From: an uncultured Candidatus Saccharibacteria bacterium
GTDB taxonomy: Bacteria; Patescibacteriota; Minisyncoccia; Phycocordibacterales; Phycocordibacteraceae
Length of the DNA: 64,000 nt
NCBI GenBank assembly: GCA_964652615.1
Contig: CAZZAT010000001.1
Location: 87,081 to 151,080, forward strand
Direction of reading: 5' to 3'
The notes under the pieces were generated by a model. The model was not told the DNA's origin, searched no databases, and worked only from the letters and a program-made list of their open reading frames with translations. Below, one piece after another: positions 1-10,008 of this stretch. The translations under genes and the position numbers were made by a program. Position 1 is the first letter of the stretch. Each line of letters opens with the position of its first letter.

Positions 1-21
1 TTTTGCTATATTTCCTAGGTA

Positions 22-2154
22 ATGGACGAGAAATTCAAGAAGCCCTATCAGCCCCAAGATACTGAAGCGCGCCTCTATAGGGCGTGGGAGGAAGCGGGTG
101 CCTTTACCCCAGACGCTGCCAAGGGCGAGGCGTATACCATCATGATGCCCCCGCCAAACGCAACCGGCGTTCTCCATATGGGCCATGCGCTTGGCCTTAC
201 CCTTCAAGACATCCTGATTCGCTTTAAACGCATGCAGGGCTTTGCAGCACTTTGGCTCCCAGGAACTGACCACGCGGCAATTGCTACCCAATCAACGGTC
301 GAGAAGAAGATTTCTAAAGAAGAGGGGAAGAGCCGCTATGATCTTGGACGCGAAGAACTCTTGAATCGCATCAATGCCTTTGTTGAGGAGAGTCGCGGCA
401 CAATACGTTCGCAGATACGCGCCATGGGTTCTTCCTGCGACTGGTCGCGCGAAGCATTCACGCTTGATGCGGCGAGGAACCGCGCCGTGCGAAAACTCTT
501 CAAAGATATGTATGATGCTGGACTCATCTATCGCGGACATCGCATTGTGAACTGGGATCCGAAAGGTCAGACGACTATTTCAGATGATGAGCTTGTCTAT
601 AAAGATGAGACAACGAAGTTCTACTACTTCAAATACGGTCCTTTCACTATCGGCACGGCGCGTCCTGAAACAAAGTTTGGCGATAAGTATGTCGTGATGC
701 ATCCGGATGATGCGCGATACAAGGAATATGCGCATGGACAGAAACTTACGGTCGAGTGGATAAACGGCCCAATCGAGGCAACCGTCATCAAAGATGAAAG
801 TATTGATCCTGAATTTGGTACGGGCGTAATGACCATTACGCCGTGGCATTCGGTTGTTGACTTTGATATTGCAGAACGGCATGGACTTGATAAGGAGCAG
901 ATTATCGACGAGCGTGGGAAACTCCTCCCTATTGCTGGAGAATTTGCAGGCATGAAGATAGCAGAGGCGCGCGAGAAGATAGTTGAAAAACTACAAGCAA
1001 AGGGACTCGTTGAAAAGATTGAAGACACCTACCAGCACCGCATTGCAACAGCAGAGCGCACCGGAGGCGTTATTGAGCCGCAGATAAAGCTGCAGTGGTT
1101 TGTAAGTGTGAGTAAGCCTATCGCTTCACGCGGCGGCAAAACCCTGAAAGAACTGATGCTTGAGCCGGTAAAAAACGGCGCAATCGAGATAGTTCCTGAA
1201 CACCTTGATAAGACGTACTACCACTGGATAGAGAATTTGCGCGATTGGTGTATTAGCCGCCAGATCTGGTACGGACACCGCGTTCCGGTGTGGTACCGAG
1301 GCGGCGAGCAAGTGCACGTAGGCGAAGCGCCTGAAGGCGAAGGATGGGAGCAAGACGAAGATACGCTTGATACGTGGTTCTCGTCAGGCGCATGGACCTT
1401 CTCAACCCTTGGCTGGCCAGACGAAACCGCCGACCTTGCGCGCTTCCATCCGACAAACGTCATTGAGACTGGTCACGACATCCTTTTCTTCTGGATAGCA
1501 CGCATGATACTTATGACGCAGTTTGCGCTTGGCACGGTTCCGTTTCGCACCATCTACCTCCATGGTCTTGTGCGCGATGCAAAGGGACAGAAGTTTTCGA
1601 AGTCCCTTGGAAACGGCATCGACCCCGTCGACATGGTTGCCAAGTATGGAGCAGATGCGGTGCGCATGTCGCTTGTGGTCGGCAATACGCCGGGCATGGA
1701 TATGCGGCTCTCTGAAGATAAAATAAAAGGGTATAAGCATTTTGCGAACAAACTCTGGAATATCACTCGCTTCATACTCGAGACTACAGAGAAGGAAACA
1801 GAGATCCTCTTAGAATCTGATACCGTACTTCTCAAAGAGTTTACGGTGCTTGCCAAGGAAGTTACGAACGACCTTGAGTCCTTCCGTATCTATCTTGCCG
1901 CCGAAAAGCTCTACCACTATGCATGGCACCGACTTGCTGACGTTATCCTTGAAGAGTCGAAGCCTATCCTTTCAGGAGACGACGAGACTGCAAAGAAGTC
2001 CCGCAGCGCACTGCTACGCACGATACTTCAGAACCTCATCGCGCTTCTGCACCCCTTCATGCCGTTTGTTACCGAAGAAATCTATCAGTCTCTCCCCGAA
2101 AAAGACGAAGCCTTTCTCATGACGAAGAAATGGCCTGCTAGAATAAGCGGGTAA
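22..2154 (+). CDS. valS: Valine--tRNA ligase (class I aaRS, short form)
   Basis: Motifs PPPNATGVLHMGHA (HIGH) and KFSKSLGN (KMSKS); N-terminus is ValS-like; 710 aa, no long C-terminal coiled coil. Confidence 0.88.
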   Translation: MDEKFKKPYQPQDTEARLYRAWEEAGAFTPDAAKGEAYTIMMPPPNATGVLHMGHALGLTLQDILIRFKRMQGFAALWLPGTDHAAIATQSTVEKKISKEEGKSRYDLGREELLNRINAFVEESRGTIRSQIRAMGSSCDWSREAFTLDAARNRAVRKLFKDMYDAGLIYRGHRIVNWDPKGQTTISDDELVYKDETTKFYYFKYGPFTIGTARPETKFGDKYVVMHPDDARYKEYAHGQKLTVEWINGPIEATVIKDESIDPEFGTGVMTITPWHSVVDFDIAERHGLDKEQIIDERGKLLPIAGEFAGMKIAEAREKIVEKLQAKGLVEKIEDTYQHRIATAERTGGVIEPQIKLQWFVSVSKPIASRGGKTLKELMLEPVKNGAIEIVPEHLDKTYYHWIENLRDWCISRQIWYGHRVPVWYRGGEQVHVGEAPEGEGWEQDEDTLDTWFSSGAWTFSTLGWPDETADLARFHPTNVIETGHDILFFWIARMILMTQFALGTVPFRTIYLHGLVRDAKGQKFSKSLGNGIDPVDMVAKYGADAVRMSLVVGNTPGMDMRLSEDKIKGYKHFANKLWNITRFILETTEKETEILLESDTVLLKEFTVLAKEVTNDLESFRIYLAAEKLYHYAWHRLADVILEESKPILSGDDETAKKSRSALLRTILQNLIALLHPFMPFVTEEIYQSLPEKDEAFLMTKKWPARISG

Positions 2155-2888
2155 TGCCCCCACTTGAGACCATAGGGTACGCACTCCTTGGTGGGATACT
2201 CCCCGCCCTTATATGGCTGTACTTTCTTTTGAAAGAGGAGGATAAATGCCCGCAGCCAAGCTCGGCTATTTTCCTCGCTTTTCTTGCGGGTATGTGTGCC
2301 GTCCCTATCGTCATTCCACTTGAAGATCTCGCACGCGAAGCACTGCCTGTCTGTAACACGCTTGCAGCGGCTTCCTGTATTCCGATGTTGACTGCGTGGG
2401 CGGTTATTGAAGAGACCGCGAAGTATCTTCTGGTAGCTGCATTTGTATTGTGGCAGACACGCTTTGTCCGAAACCCTATCGACATCGTCGCAACCATGCT
2501 CACTGCAGCGCTTGGCTTTGCTGCTGTTGAAAATGTACTCTTCCTTCTTGATCCCCTTTCTGAAGGACGCTTCATTGCAGGCCTTGTTACCTCAAATCTC
2601 CGCTTTATCGGCGCAACCCTTCTGCATGTGGTCGCTTCCTCTGCAATCGGCTTTGCGCTTGCGTTCTCATATAACGCAAGCAAACCTATACGCGCTGCAG
2701 CCGCATCGTTCGGCCTTATCCTCGCAATTGCGTTGCATGCCCTCTTTAATTTCTTTATAATAAATGAAGATGGATCGCACACTGTCCTTGCATTCTTCTT
2801 AGTTTGGACAGGCGCTATCGTCTTCTTCGCGGCATTTGAAATACTAAAGTACTTCAGATACCGCACCTTACCAAAAAACACCTGCTAG
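2154..2888 (+). CDS. PrsW-family intramembrane metalloprotease
   Basis: Multi-TM protein with an EETAKY (EExxK) motif and a HALFNFF (HxxxN) motif typical of PrsW/YpdC; start overlaps the valS stop (TAATG). Confidence 0.55.
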   Translation: MPPLETIGYALLGGILPALIWLYFLLKEEDKCPQPSSAIFLAFLAGMCAVPIVIPLEDLAREALPVCNTLAAASCIPMLTAWAVIEETAKYLLVAAFVLWQTRFVRNPIDIVATMLTAALGFAAVENVLFLLDPLSEGRFIAGLVTSNLRFIGATLLHVVASSAIGFALAFSYNASKPIRAAAASFGLILAIALHALFNFFIINEDGSHTVLAFFLVWTGAIVFFAAFEILKYFRYRTLPKNTC

Positions 2889-2898
2889 CTTCCCTTTC

Positions 2899-3384
2899 AT
2901 GAAAAAGCGCTCGCTCTTCGAACGACTCGTTGGTTCTCGTCCCTTGGACGATGACTACGATTTCGATGATGTTCCGGCCGACCACGGCCCTACGCGCACG
3001 ATAACTCCTTCAGGGACTGGCTCTCCTTCAGCTTCTGCACACCTTCCCGCAACAGAAGGCCATCTTCCTGTTGATATGTTCCAGACTGCCGATGAGATTA
3101 TCATCCGCACGTTTGTCGCAGGCGTGCGTCCTGAAGAGGTGAATGTCTCGATAAGCCGCGATATGGTGGTTATCGAAGGCTCGCGCGAAGAGCGCTCTGA
3201 AGCATCGGGTCCAGACTACTTCAACCAAGAGCTTTTCTGGGGCAGCTTCACTCGCACCATCATGCTTCCTCAAGAAGTAGACGTGGACGGCGCGCAAGCA
3301 TCATCTAAAGACGGCCTTCTTTCCATAACACTTCCCAAATTGGATCGCACTCGTCAGACAAAACTCAAGGTGCGTTCGAACTAA
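2899..3384 (+). CDS. Hsp20/alpha-crystallin small heat-shock protein
   Basis: Alpha-crystallin domain signature (DMFQTADE..., GLLSITLPK) with a Pro/Ser-rich N-terminal arm. Confidence 0.8.
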   Translation: MKKRSLFERLVGSRPLDDDYDFDDVPADHGPTRTITPSGTGSPSASAHLPATEGHLPVDMFQTADEIIIRTFVAGVRPEEVNVSISRDMVVIEGSREERSEASGPDYFNQELFWGSFTRTIMLPQEVDVDGAQASSKDGLLSITLPKLDRTRQTKLKVRSN

Positions 3385-4484
3385 AGCGTTGTTTCGGTAA
3401 GGTTCGGTGCTATTTCTGCCGTTTCGATATCGAAGCGTATACGCCCTATCACCTGCCCGCCAGGAGTCTCGACAGAAACGCGCCATGCGCCAGGGATAAG
3501 ATTTGATTTTGCAGAGTAGCCTCGATAACCTTCTTCGCGTCCTCCGGTAATAGGGAAGGAGACGCGGTTTTCAGTTGTCCATCCCTTTCCTTTCACATTG
3601 CGCTCCCAGCGGTGCACTACCGTTGAAGAGAAGGAGATGGGTGCTCCGACTGCACTGAAGACGTAAATAACGCCTCCAGGACTGTGGTGCACTTTTTGCG
3701 GACGCGGATCAAACCATGCTTTCGGCTCCTCTCCTTCTACGCGATACCCGCCATCAACATATGCAATGGAGTGGTAGATGCCCGAGTCGGTAAGGGCAAG
3801 TGGGATGGGCGGAACGAGTCCCGTGAAATACGAGAGACAGATGACGGCTACGATGCCGCCTGCCGACACGCCTATCGGCTTCAGGTACGTCTTGGTCTTC
3901 TTTTTATTGAACACATAGAGAAGCCACAGCAAAAGCGCGAAGATACCGCCTGCAACAAGTGTTGAAAGGAGGAATATCCAAGGACCAATGCTGCCAATGT
4001 AGAGAGGAAGAGCGAAGATGGTGTATGCGTAGAGCGCAAAGAAAAAGAGTACTGTCTGGAAAATCATATGCGCCCTATGAAGCCTGAAGTACTCATTCCC
4101 TGCATAGACGAGAACGATAAGGAGGAGGAAAGGCCATGAAGCCGCTATCACAGAATGAGCAGCATAGAAGACGACGAAGCCGGACAAGAGACCGCCGAAT
4201 GCATACTGGGCACCAAGGGGGAATATAACCGCAAATGTCTTACGCCACCACGAGAGGCGTTTCCCTTGAAGCTCTTCTACCTCAACGGCAAAGAAGTGCG
4301 TTCCAAAGGTACACACGGTTGCAAGTGCAAGATAGGTTAGGAAGAAGTAATTGACGACTGAAATTGGAAGGAGTCCAAACGTGAAAAGGTCGGTAAGAAA
4401 GCCAAGCGCAAAGAGACCCGCACCAAGTTTGCGCTCATTCTTGGCAGCCCATACGAGAAGCTTCTGGAAGGACTTCATCTGCAT
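3381..4484 (-). CDS. Hypothetical polytopic membrane protein with a C-terminal soluble beta-rich domain
   Basis: 367-aa ORF with ~8 hydrophobic helices followed by a ~110-aa hydrophilic Gly/Arg-rich domain; no recognised catalytic motif. Confidence 0.5.
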   Translation of the reverse strand: MQMKSFQKLLVWAAKNERKLGAGLFALGFLTDLFTFGLLPISVVNYFFLTYLALATVCTFGTHFFAVEVEELQGKRLSWWRKTFAVIFPLGAQYAFGGLLSGFVVFYAAHSVIAASWPFLLLIVLVYAGNEYFRLHRAHMIFQTVLFFFALYAYTIFALPLYIGSIGPWIFLLSTLVAGGIFALLLWLLYVFNKKKTKTYLKPIGVSAGGIVAVICLSYFTGLVPPIPLALTDSGIYHSIAYVDGGYRVEGEEPKAWFDPRPQKVHHSPGGVIYVFSAVGAPISFSSTVVHRWERNVKGKGWTTENRVSFPITGGREEGYRGYSAKSNLIPGAWRVSVETPGGQVIGRIRFDIETAEIAPNLTETTL

Positions 4485-4501
4485 ATCCTTATACTACACG
4501 C

Positions 4502-4578
4502 TGGTGCCCGGAGTCGGGCTTGCACCGACGACCTCTTCCTCTTCAGGGAAGCGCTACTACTAACTGAGCTATCCGGGC
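4502..4578 (-). tRNA. tRNA-Phe (anticodon GAA)
   Basis: Reverse complement is GCCCGGA...TCCGGGCACCA with acceptor stem GCCCGGA/TCCGGGC and anticodon loop CTGAAGA; CCA is encoded; the T-loop TGCAAGC and D-loop are atypical. Confidence 0.72.
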
Positions 4579-4745
4579 GGTTGCGACACTTTATCACATT
4601 AGAGCCTTTCTTTCACCCCCTCAATCATACCCACTAAACGATGAAATTCTTTGGTCTTCAAGACCTGCACGGCAATCGTTCCCCAGGAAAGACGGTTGTG
4701 TGGTCGAACCTTTTTACTCGCACTGCTTGTGAGCCACGTTGTCTT

Positions 4746-5300
4746 TCAGAACTGTGTTCGCAAAAGTCCTGTTGTTTGCATCCAATACTCTATCGCTGCT
4801 GCTTCATTTATATGCGGATAAAGGCGCATTGAGAGTGTAATGGCATCTTTTTCAATACACATTGTTTCTGTAAGGAATCGTATGAATATGCGTACCATTT
4901 CTGGGTCTGTATTTACGAATGATATTGGGTGTTCCGTACGCTCTTTTCCCTCTCGAACTCTTGGACGCTTATACCCTTCGGCCCAATAGAGAGCAGCACC
5001 AACTATTTTTAAATCGTGTGGTGTGAGTGGGGGAATTTCATTCTTCCCGTTTGCATGTGCAAGGCATGCTCTCGCTCTTGCTTTGTGGGTTTGCAGTTTG
5101 TTTCTCTTTATAAATACCTCTGCACCCTGATGAATGGCTCGTAACGCAAGTCGTTCGCGGGCGTTTTCAGAGAGAATTACATTCTTAAACCATCCGCTTA
5201 GTGTGGATTTTGGGACACTAAGCACCTTATAGATTTCACTGTAACTTTTCCCTTTGAGTCTTAGTTTGAGGGCTTCTGCGCGACGCGGGTCCATGTGCAT
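4746..5300 (-). CDS. HTH-domain protein with a LAGLIDADG-like (homing-endonuclease-fold) C-terminal region
   Basis: N-terminal sigma70-r4/resolvase-like HTH (LKGKSYSEIYKVLSVPKSTLSGW); central segment LKIVGAALYWAEGYK resembles a LAGLIDADG motif; sits beside tRNA-Phe. Confidence 0.4.
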   Translation of the reverse strand: MHMDPRRAEALKLRLKGKSYSEIYKVLSVPKSTLSGWFKNVILSENARERLALRAIHQGAEVFIKRNKLQTHKARARACLAHANGKNEIPPLTPHDLKIVGAALYWAEGYKRPRVREGKERTEHPISFVNTDPEMVRIFIRFLTETMCIEKDAITLSMRLYPHINEAAAIEYWMQTTGLLRTQF

Positions 5301-5357
5301 ACTGTAGAACCTGCCTCGGCACCATCGAGACTACTTATCCACGAACGATACACAAGT

Positions 5358-5621
5358 TTACTGCCCAAGAAGGCTCTTATACTCCTCAAAAAGAGCTCCG
5401 TAGTCAGTCCCCTCCTGCGTGCTTTGTAGCATAGAGAGATACGGCTCAAGAAGCTTTGCCGAGAGGTAGAAGGAACCGAGAATGAGCACTACCCAGATGA
5501 GGGTTTTGATGATGCCGCCAATGAGAGCGTCTCGACGCATCGCTTTTATGAGCTTGTTGTTCTCGCGCGCAAGCGTAAGGCTTTCTTCTATCTTATCGAG
5601 GAGTGCTTTTTGGTCTTCCAT
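5358..5621 (-). CDS. Small hypothetical membrane protein (87 aa)
   Basis: ORF with one central TM helix; coding-like codon usage; no known motif. Confidence 0.4.
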   Translation of the reverse strand: MEDQKALLDKIEESLTLARENNKLIKAMRRDALIGGIIKTLIWVVLILGSFYLSAKLLEPYLSMLQSTQEGTDYGALFEEYKSLLGQ

Positions 5622-5640
5622 GTGAATACTCTAGCATTTA

Positions 5641-5715
5641 TGGTGCCCTCGGCAGGAATCGAACCTACATTATCTCGTTAGGAGTGAGATGTTCTATCCA
5701 TTGAACTACGAGGGC
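5641..5715 (-). tRNA. tRNA-Arg (anticodon CCT)
   Basis: Reverse complement GCCCTCGTAGTTCAATGG...GTAGGTTCGATTCCTGCCGAGGGCACCA; anticodon loop CTCCTAA; CCA is encoded. Confidence 0.85.
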
Positions 5716-5769
5716 GGTCAAAGGCGAGGATAGCATAAAACCCGCATGTCGCGGGTTTTATGAGCTTTC

Positions 5770-6033
5770 TTACATCCCTGGCTCAACCGCCGCTTCTCCT
5801 ATGCCAAGAAGCTCTGATAGGCGCCGCTTATCAAAGCCTATGGTCATTTCATTCCCTACGAAAATGACCGGTACGCCCATCTGCCCGCTCTTATCAATCA
5901 TTTCAGTGCGTTTCTCAACATCAGCCGAGACGTCCACATCAGTGAAGGATACGTTGTTTGCGGTAAAGAATTCCTTGGCCATATGGCAGAAATGGCAGGT
6001 GGGGGTGCTGTAAATAGTGACAGTTTTATCCAT
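5770..6033 (-). CDS. Glutaredoxin-like protein (CxxC thioredoxin fold)
   Basis: TPTCHFCHMAKEFF active-site context; 87 aa; flanked by two tRNA genes. Confidence 0.8.
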   Translation of the reverse strand: MDKTVTIYSTPTCHFCHMAKEFFTANNVSFTDVDVSADVEKRTEMIDKSGQMGVPVIFVGNEMTIGFDKRRLSELLGIGEAAVEPGM

Positions 6034-6071
6034 GATTACTTTCGGTTATGTCGTGTGAGTATAGCATTTCT

Positions 6072-6142
6072 GTGCGGGATAGGAGAATCGAACTCCTGCC
6101 TCAACCTTGGGAAGGTCGCGTCCTGCCACTAAACTAATCCCG
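6072..6142 (-). tRNA. tRNA-Gly (anticodon CCC)
   Basis: Reverse complement GCGGGATTAGTTTAGTGGCAGGACGCGACCTTCCCAAGGTTGAGGCAGGAGTTCGATTCTCCTATCCCGCA; anticodon loop TTCCCAA; T-stem AGGAG/CTCCT. Confidence 0.85.
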
Positions 6143-6148
6143 CATGTA

Positions 6149-6505
6149 TTAGAGCCCGAAGAACCCAAGCGCCTTGCGCCACCACGGAAGTTCATCAAGC
6201 TGTTCGCCTTCGCCTGGGGCGACTACGATAATAACTTCCTCGCCAGGGCGTGCAACTCCATAGGTTTCGCGAAGTGATGCTTCCTGTCCCCGAGGCGTTG
6301 CAAGCTCGGCAAGACTCTTCCGGAGGTTTTCCTCACGCTCTGAAAGGGAAGCGAGCTGCCGCTTCGCCTCCCCTACAGCCTTCCTTGCCCGCTCTTCCTT
6401 GCCGATAAGGCCAATAACGCCCCAGAGAAGCGAACAGAACACAATAAGAAGCACTCCCGCTATGAGGTAGTCCTTAAGAGGGCGTCGTACTCTCTTTCGT
6501 CGCAT
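6149..6505 (-). CDS. Septum formation initiator family protein (FtsB/DivIC-like)
   Basis: Basic N-terminus, single TM helix, then a coiled coil (KEERARKAVGEAKRQLASLSEREENLRKSLAEL) typical of FtsB/DivIC. Confidence 0.6.
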   Translation of the reverse strand: MRRKRVRRPLKDYLIAGVLLIVFCSLLWGVIGLIGKEERARKAVGEAKRQLASLSEREENLRKSLAELATPRGQEASLRETYGVARPGEEVIIVVAPGEGEQLDELPWWRKALGFFGL

Positions 6506-6523
6506 CCCGCTAAGTATACCAAC

Positions 6524-8326
6524 CTAGCGCTCCGAGTCCTGCACCATCTTCATGAAGACATCCTCTGGTATATCGACTCTGTTCTTTTCAAACTGCGCGC
6601 GATGCTTCTTCCCTTTCTTCTGTTTTTGAAGAAGCTTTTGCTTTCGTGAGACGTCGCCGCCGTAGAGGTAGCCCGTAACGTCTTTGCGGAGCGCCGAAAT
6701 AGTGCGCGATGAGATGATGCGACCGAGCGCCTGCGCCTGAACCTTCGTTACCTGAAGCTGCTTTGGGAGTATGCCGTAGAGTTTCTCGACCATGCGCTCG
6801 CCCTCCTCCTGCACACGGCGGCGGCTCACAATGCGCGCAAATGCAGGCACCTCTTCCTCGCCCACCAGTATCTCAAGCTTCACGACGTCCGCAGGGCGCG
6901 TCGGCAAAAGCTCGTATGAAAGGGAAGCGTAGCCTGAAGATACGTTTTTAACGCGATCAAAAAAGCCACGCATGAGTTCTCGAAGCGGTATCTCGGCAGA
7001 CACTTCCATGCGCCCGTCTGTATAGCCGTGCGTGTCGCCCACCTGTGCTTCATGATCATGCAAGAGCTGCAAAAGGCCCGAAAGATAGTCCGCAGGCGTA
7101 ATCACGATGACTTTCGCCCACGGCTCCTCTATCGCCTCCACCTCGTTATACAAAGGAAACTTCGACGGCGTGTATATTGTCTCCCGCTTCCCCTTCTTAT
7201 CAATCACGATGTACTCAATGGTTGGAATCGTTACGACAAGCGAAAGGGAGAACTCGCGGCGCAAGCGTTCGGTAATAATTTCAAGGTGCAGCATGCCGAG
7301 GAAACCGCATCGAAAACCGCGCCCCAAAACACCAGAAGATTCCTCTTCAAAAGAAAGCGAAGAGTCAGTTAAGCGAAGACGCTCAAGCGCTTGACGCAAC
7401 TCTACAAGATCGTCTTGGCTTTCAGGATACACCGAAGCCCACACCACAGGACGCGGACGTGCAAACCCTGAAAGAGCGGGGAGACGACCTCCCTGAAGTC
7501 CAATAGTGTCTCCCACAGCAACAACGCCCGGCTCCTTGATGCCAGTGACGACATATCCGATTTCTCCTGCTGAAAGGGAATCGACAGGCACCTCGTCTGG
7601 AGAAAAGATACCTACCTCAAGCGCCGTAAAGCGCTTTCCTGCTGCGCGAAATTCAAGCAAGTCCCCTTTCTTAATACTTCCGTCAAAGACGCGTATGAAA
7701 ACGGTGACGCCACGGTGCGTAGAGTATGAGAAGTCGAAGATGGTGCTTCGCGCTTCTGGCGCCTCCTCGAGACGCGGCGGCGGTACGCGCTCAATAACCG
7801 CTTCAAGAAGCTCTTCGACGCCCGCGCCGCTTCTTCCTGAAACTGCAAGGACGCTTTCAGGTTCAACAGAAAGAAGCTCTGCAAGTTCAAGCGACACTTC
7901 ATCGACGCGAGCGTAGGGCGAGTCTATTTTCGATACGACTGGAATAACAACACAGCCTGCCGCCTTTGCCATACCAAGTGTCGTTAAGGTTTGTGCCTGC
8001 ACGCCCTGCGTCGAGTCAACAAGAAGAATCACGCCTTCAACCGCAGTGAGCGCGCGCGATACTTCATACGCGAAATCGATGTGTCCTGGAGTATCGATAA
8101 GGTTTAGCGTGTACTCATTGCCGTCTTTTGCCTTATAGCGCATCTTTGCCGGCTGCATCTTAATCGTGATGCCGCGCTCGCGCTCAAGATCCATTTTGTC
8201 GAGCACCTGATCGCGCATCTTGCGGGCTTCAATAGTTCCGGTGCGCTCAAGCAAGCGGTCGGCAAGCGTGGACTTGCCGTGATCAATATGCGCAATAATG
8301 CTGAAGTTACGGATGTGCTTGGTCAT
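6524..8326 (-). CDS. lepA: Elongation factor 4 (LepA)
   Basis: NFSIIAHIDHGKSTLADRLL G1 motif, LIDTPGH G3 motif and LepA C-terminal domain; 600 aa. Confidence 0.95.
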   Translation of the reverse strand: MTKHIRNFSIIAHIDHGKSTLADRLLERTGTIEARKMRDQVLDKMDLERERGITIKMQPAKMRYKAKDGNEYTLNLIDTPGHIDFAYEVSRALTAVEGVILLVDSTQGVQAQTLTTLGMAKAAGCVVIPVVSKIDSPYARVDEVSLELAELLSVEPESVLAVSGRSGAGVEELLEAVIERVPPPRLEEAPEARSTIFDFSYSTHRGVTVFIRVFDGSIKKGDLLEFRAAGKRFTALEVGIFSPDEVPVDSLSAGEIGYVVTGIKEPGVVAVGDTIGLQGGRLPALSGFARPRPVVWASVYPESQDDLVELRQALERLRLTDSSLSFEEESSGVLGRGFRCGFLGMLHLEIITERLRREFSLSLVVTIPTIEYIVIDKKGKRETIYTPSKFPLYNEVEAIEEPWAKVIVITPADYLSGLLQLLHDHEAQVGDTHGYTDGRMEVSAEIPLRELMRGFFDRVKNVSSGYASLSYELLPTRPADVVKLEILVGEEEVPAFARIVSRRRVQEEGERMVEKLYGILPKQLQVTKVQAQALGRIISSRTISALRKDVTGYLYGGDVSRKQKLLQKQKKGKKHRAQFEKNRVDIPEDVFMKMVQDSER

Positions 8327-9980
8327 TCAAGACGGTCCCCGACGGCGCGAGCGCCTTTGAGGAGGTGAGTTTCTTTAAGGCTCCGTAGAGGTCTTTAAAC
8401 TCCTTATTCTCCAGAAGCGCAAGCACCGACGCCGAGACGATAAGGCCCACCATACCAGCCGCAAGGCCTTGCGTGAAGACAGCAAGAAGTGATGAGAGCG
8501 GCGCAAGGTTCCCCATAAGGGCAAGGAGGCCGTAGGCGGCAGAGGCACCTACAAGACCTGCGCCTGCTGCCTCAAAGAAAGGACGTGAGAGCGAGGAAGC
8601 GACGCCAGGGGCGACAACCGGCAAGGTCGCAAGCGCAAGTGCTCCCATGACAAGCTGGCCGAGCGTTGCACCAAGCGCAATGAATACAATATCGGTCCCT
8701 GCTATCCCTTCAATGCGAAGCAATACTTCGATGAAGTTCGCAAGAAATGGGTGGGACTTTGCTGCAGAAAGAAGTGCAACAGCAGAAGCGGCAGACACTG
8801 CAAGGCCTGCGATTTGGATGATGAGTGGATTCCAGGAACGGCGTGCGGCATAGAAGGCACGGGAAGCAAGGAGTACCAGTCCTTGGGCGACAAGACCGAT
8901 GATAAGGACGCCAAGCACTGCGGCCGAGAGCCTTGTTGCATCCCAGTCAAAGGCGCCAGTACCAAATATGGCACGTACAAGATGAGCGCGAAGCACGATG
9001 GTAAGAAGTGCTGCAACGGTGGACCAGAAGATAAGATGGCGCGCAGCTGCAGATAATGTTGCACAGAATGCTTCAGAGCGTTTTGCTCCAGCTTCTTTTG
9101 CAAGCACGGGAAACGCAGCAGTTGCATACGATGCGCCGATAAGTGCAAGCGGTACCGCAGCAAGGTTTCCTGCAAGCGAGAAGACAGCAACAGAGCCAGT
9201 TGCAACCGCAGCTGCAAGAGAAGTCAGTACCAGCGTCGTTACCGCACCCATAGAAAGCGCGAGCGAACGCGGCACAGAATCTTTAATAATATCGATAAGA
9301 ATCTTCTTTGAGGGAATAACGAGCTTGGGAAGCAGTTTTGCTTCAACCACGATAGGTACGTGAATCAAGAAGTGCGCGAGCGCGCCAAAGACAACGCCTG
9401 CGCCTATGCCCACAAGACCGAGTGACGGGTAGAGAAATACCGCGCCTAGGATAATGCCAACGTTGTAGAGCACCGGAGAGAGCGCAAAGAGTACGAAGCG
9501 CCGTTCCACCTGCGTAACAGACGTAAGGATTCCTGAAAAACCAAGGAGAAGCGGCTGCAGCAGCAGAAGTTGCGCAAGAATAACAAAGTCTTTGTTCCCT
9601 GCATACGAAGGAAAAAATACTTGCAGCAAGGACGGCATCAAGACTGCGAGAAGAAGTGCAACCGCGCCGCCGACGATAAGTAGGAACGAAGCTGCATGCG
9701 AGAGCGTGCGGCGCGCCTCCTCTTTCGTTTCAGAAGTAATGCGCGGAATGATGACGTAGGCAGACACTAAGGACGCAATGAGCGCGAACATAAGGTCCGG
9801 AATGCGAAACGCCGCGAAATAGAGATCGAGCGTTGCAGATGCGCCAAACGCGTGCGCGAAGATGCGGTCGCGAAGGAGCGCGAGCACTTGGGAGACCAGT
9901 GTGAGTCCTGCCAACAAGTACGCCGCCTGATGTAGGCCGCGTACTGATGTGCTTAGTGTCCGTAAGATGCCCTGGACCAT
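8307..9980 (-). CDS. murJ: Lipid II flippase MurJ (MviN family)
   Basis: 557-aa protein with 14 predicted TM helices and a MurJ-like N-terminus (LLAGLTLVSQVLALLRDRIFAHAFGAS..DLYFAAFRIPD). Confidence 0.85.
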   Translation of the reverse strand: MVQGILRTLSTSVRGLHQAAYLLAGLTLVSQVLALLRDRIFAHAFGASATLDLYFAAFRIPDLMFALIASLVSAYVIIPRITSETKEEARRTLSHAASFLLIVGGAVALLLAVLMPSLLQVFFPSYAGNKDFVILAQLLLLQPLLLGFSGILTSVTQVERRFVLFALSPVLYNVGIILGAVFLYPSLGLVGIGAGVVFGALAHFLIHVPIVVEAKLLPKLVIPSKKILIDIIKDSVPRSLALSMGAVTTLVLTSLAAAVATGSVAVFSLAGNLAAVPLALIGASYATAAFPVLAKEAGAKRSEAFCATLSAAARHLIFWSTVAALLTIVLRAHLVRAIFGTGAFDWDATRLSAAVLGVLIIGLVAQGLVLLASRAFYAARRSWNPLIIQIAGLAVSAASAVALLSAAKSHPFLANFIEVLLRIEGIAGTDIVFIALGATLGQLVMGALALATLPVVAPGVASSLSRPFFEAAGAGLVGASAAYGLLALMGNLAPLSSLLAVFTQGLAAGMVGLIVSASVLALLENKEFKDLYGALKKLTSSKALAPSGTVLNDQAHP

Positions 9981-10008
9981 TTTCTCTTTCTCCAGGGAAG
10001 CGAAAGCG

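Noticed and set aside
1-21. T-box leader upstream of valS
   Set aside because: Only 21 nt of upstream sequence are in the window, so it cannot be assessed.
8702-9217. 171-aa ORF and other long antisense ORFs within murJ, lepA, the RND pump and the membrane fusion protein gene
   Set aside because: They are antisense to well-supported genes and have proline/serine/arginine-rich translations characteristic of high-GC reverse frames.
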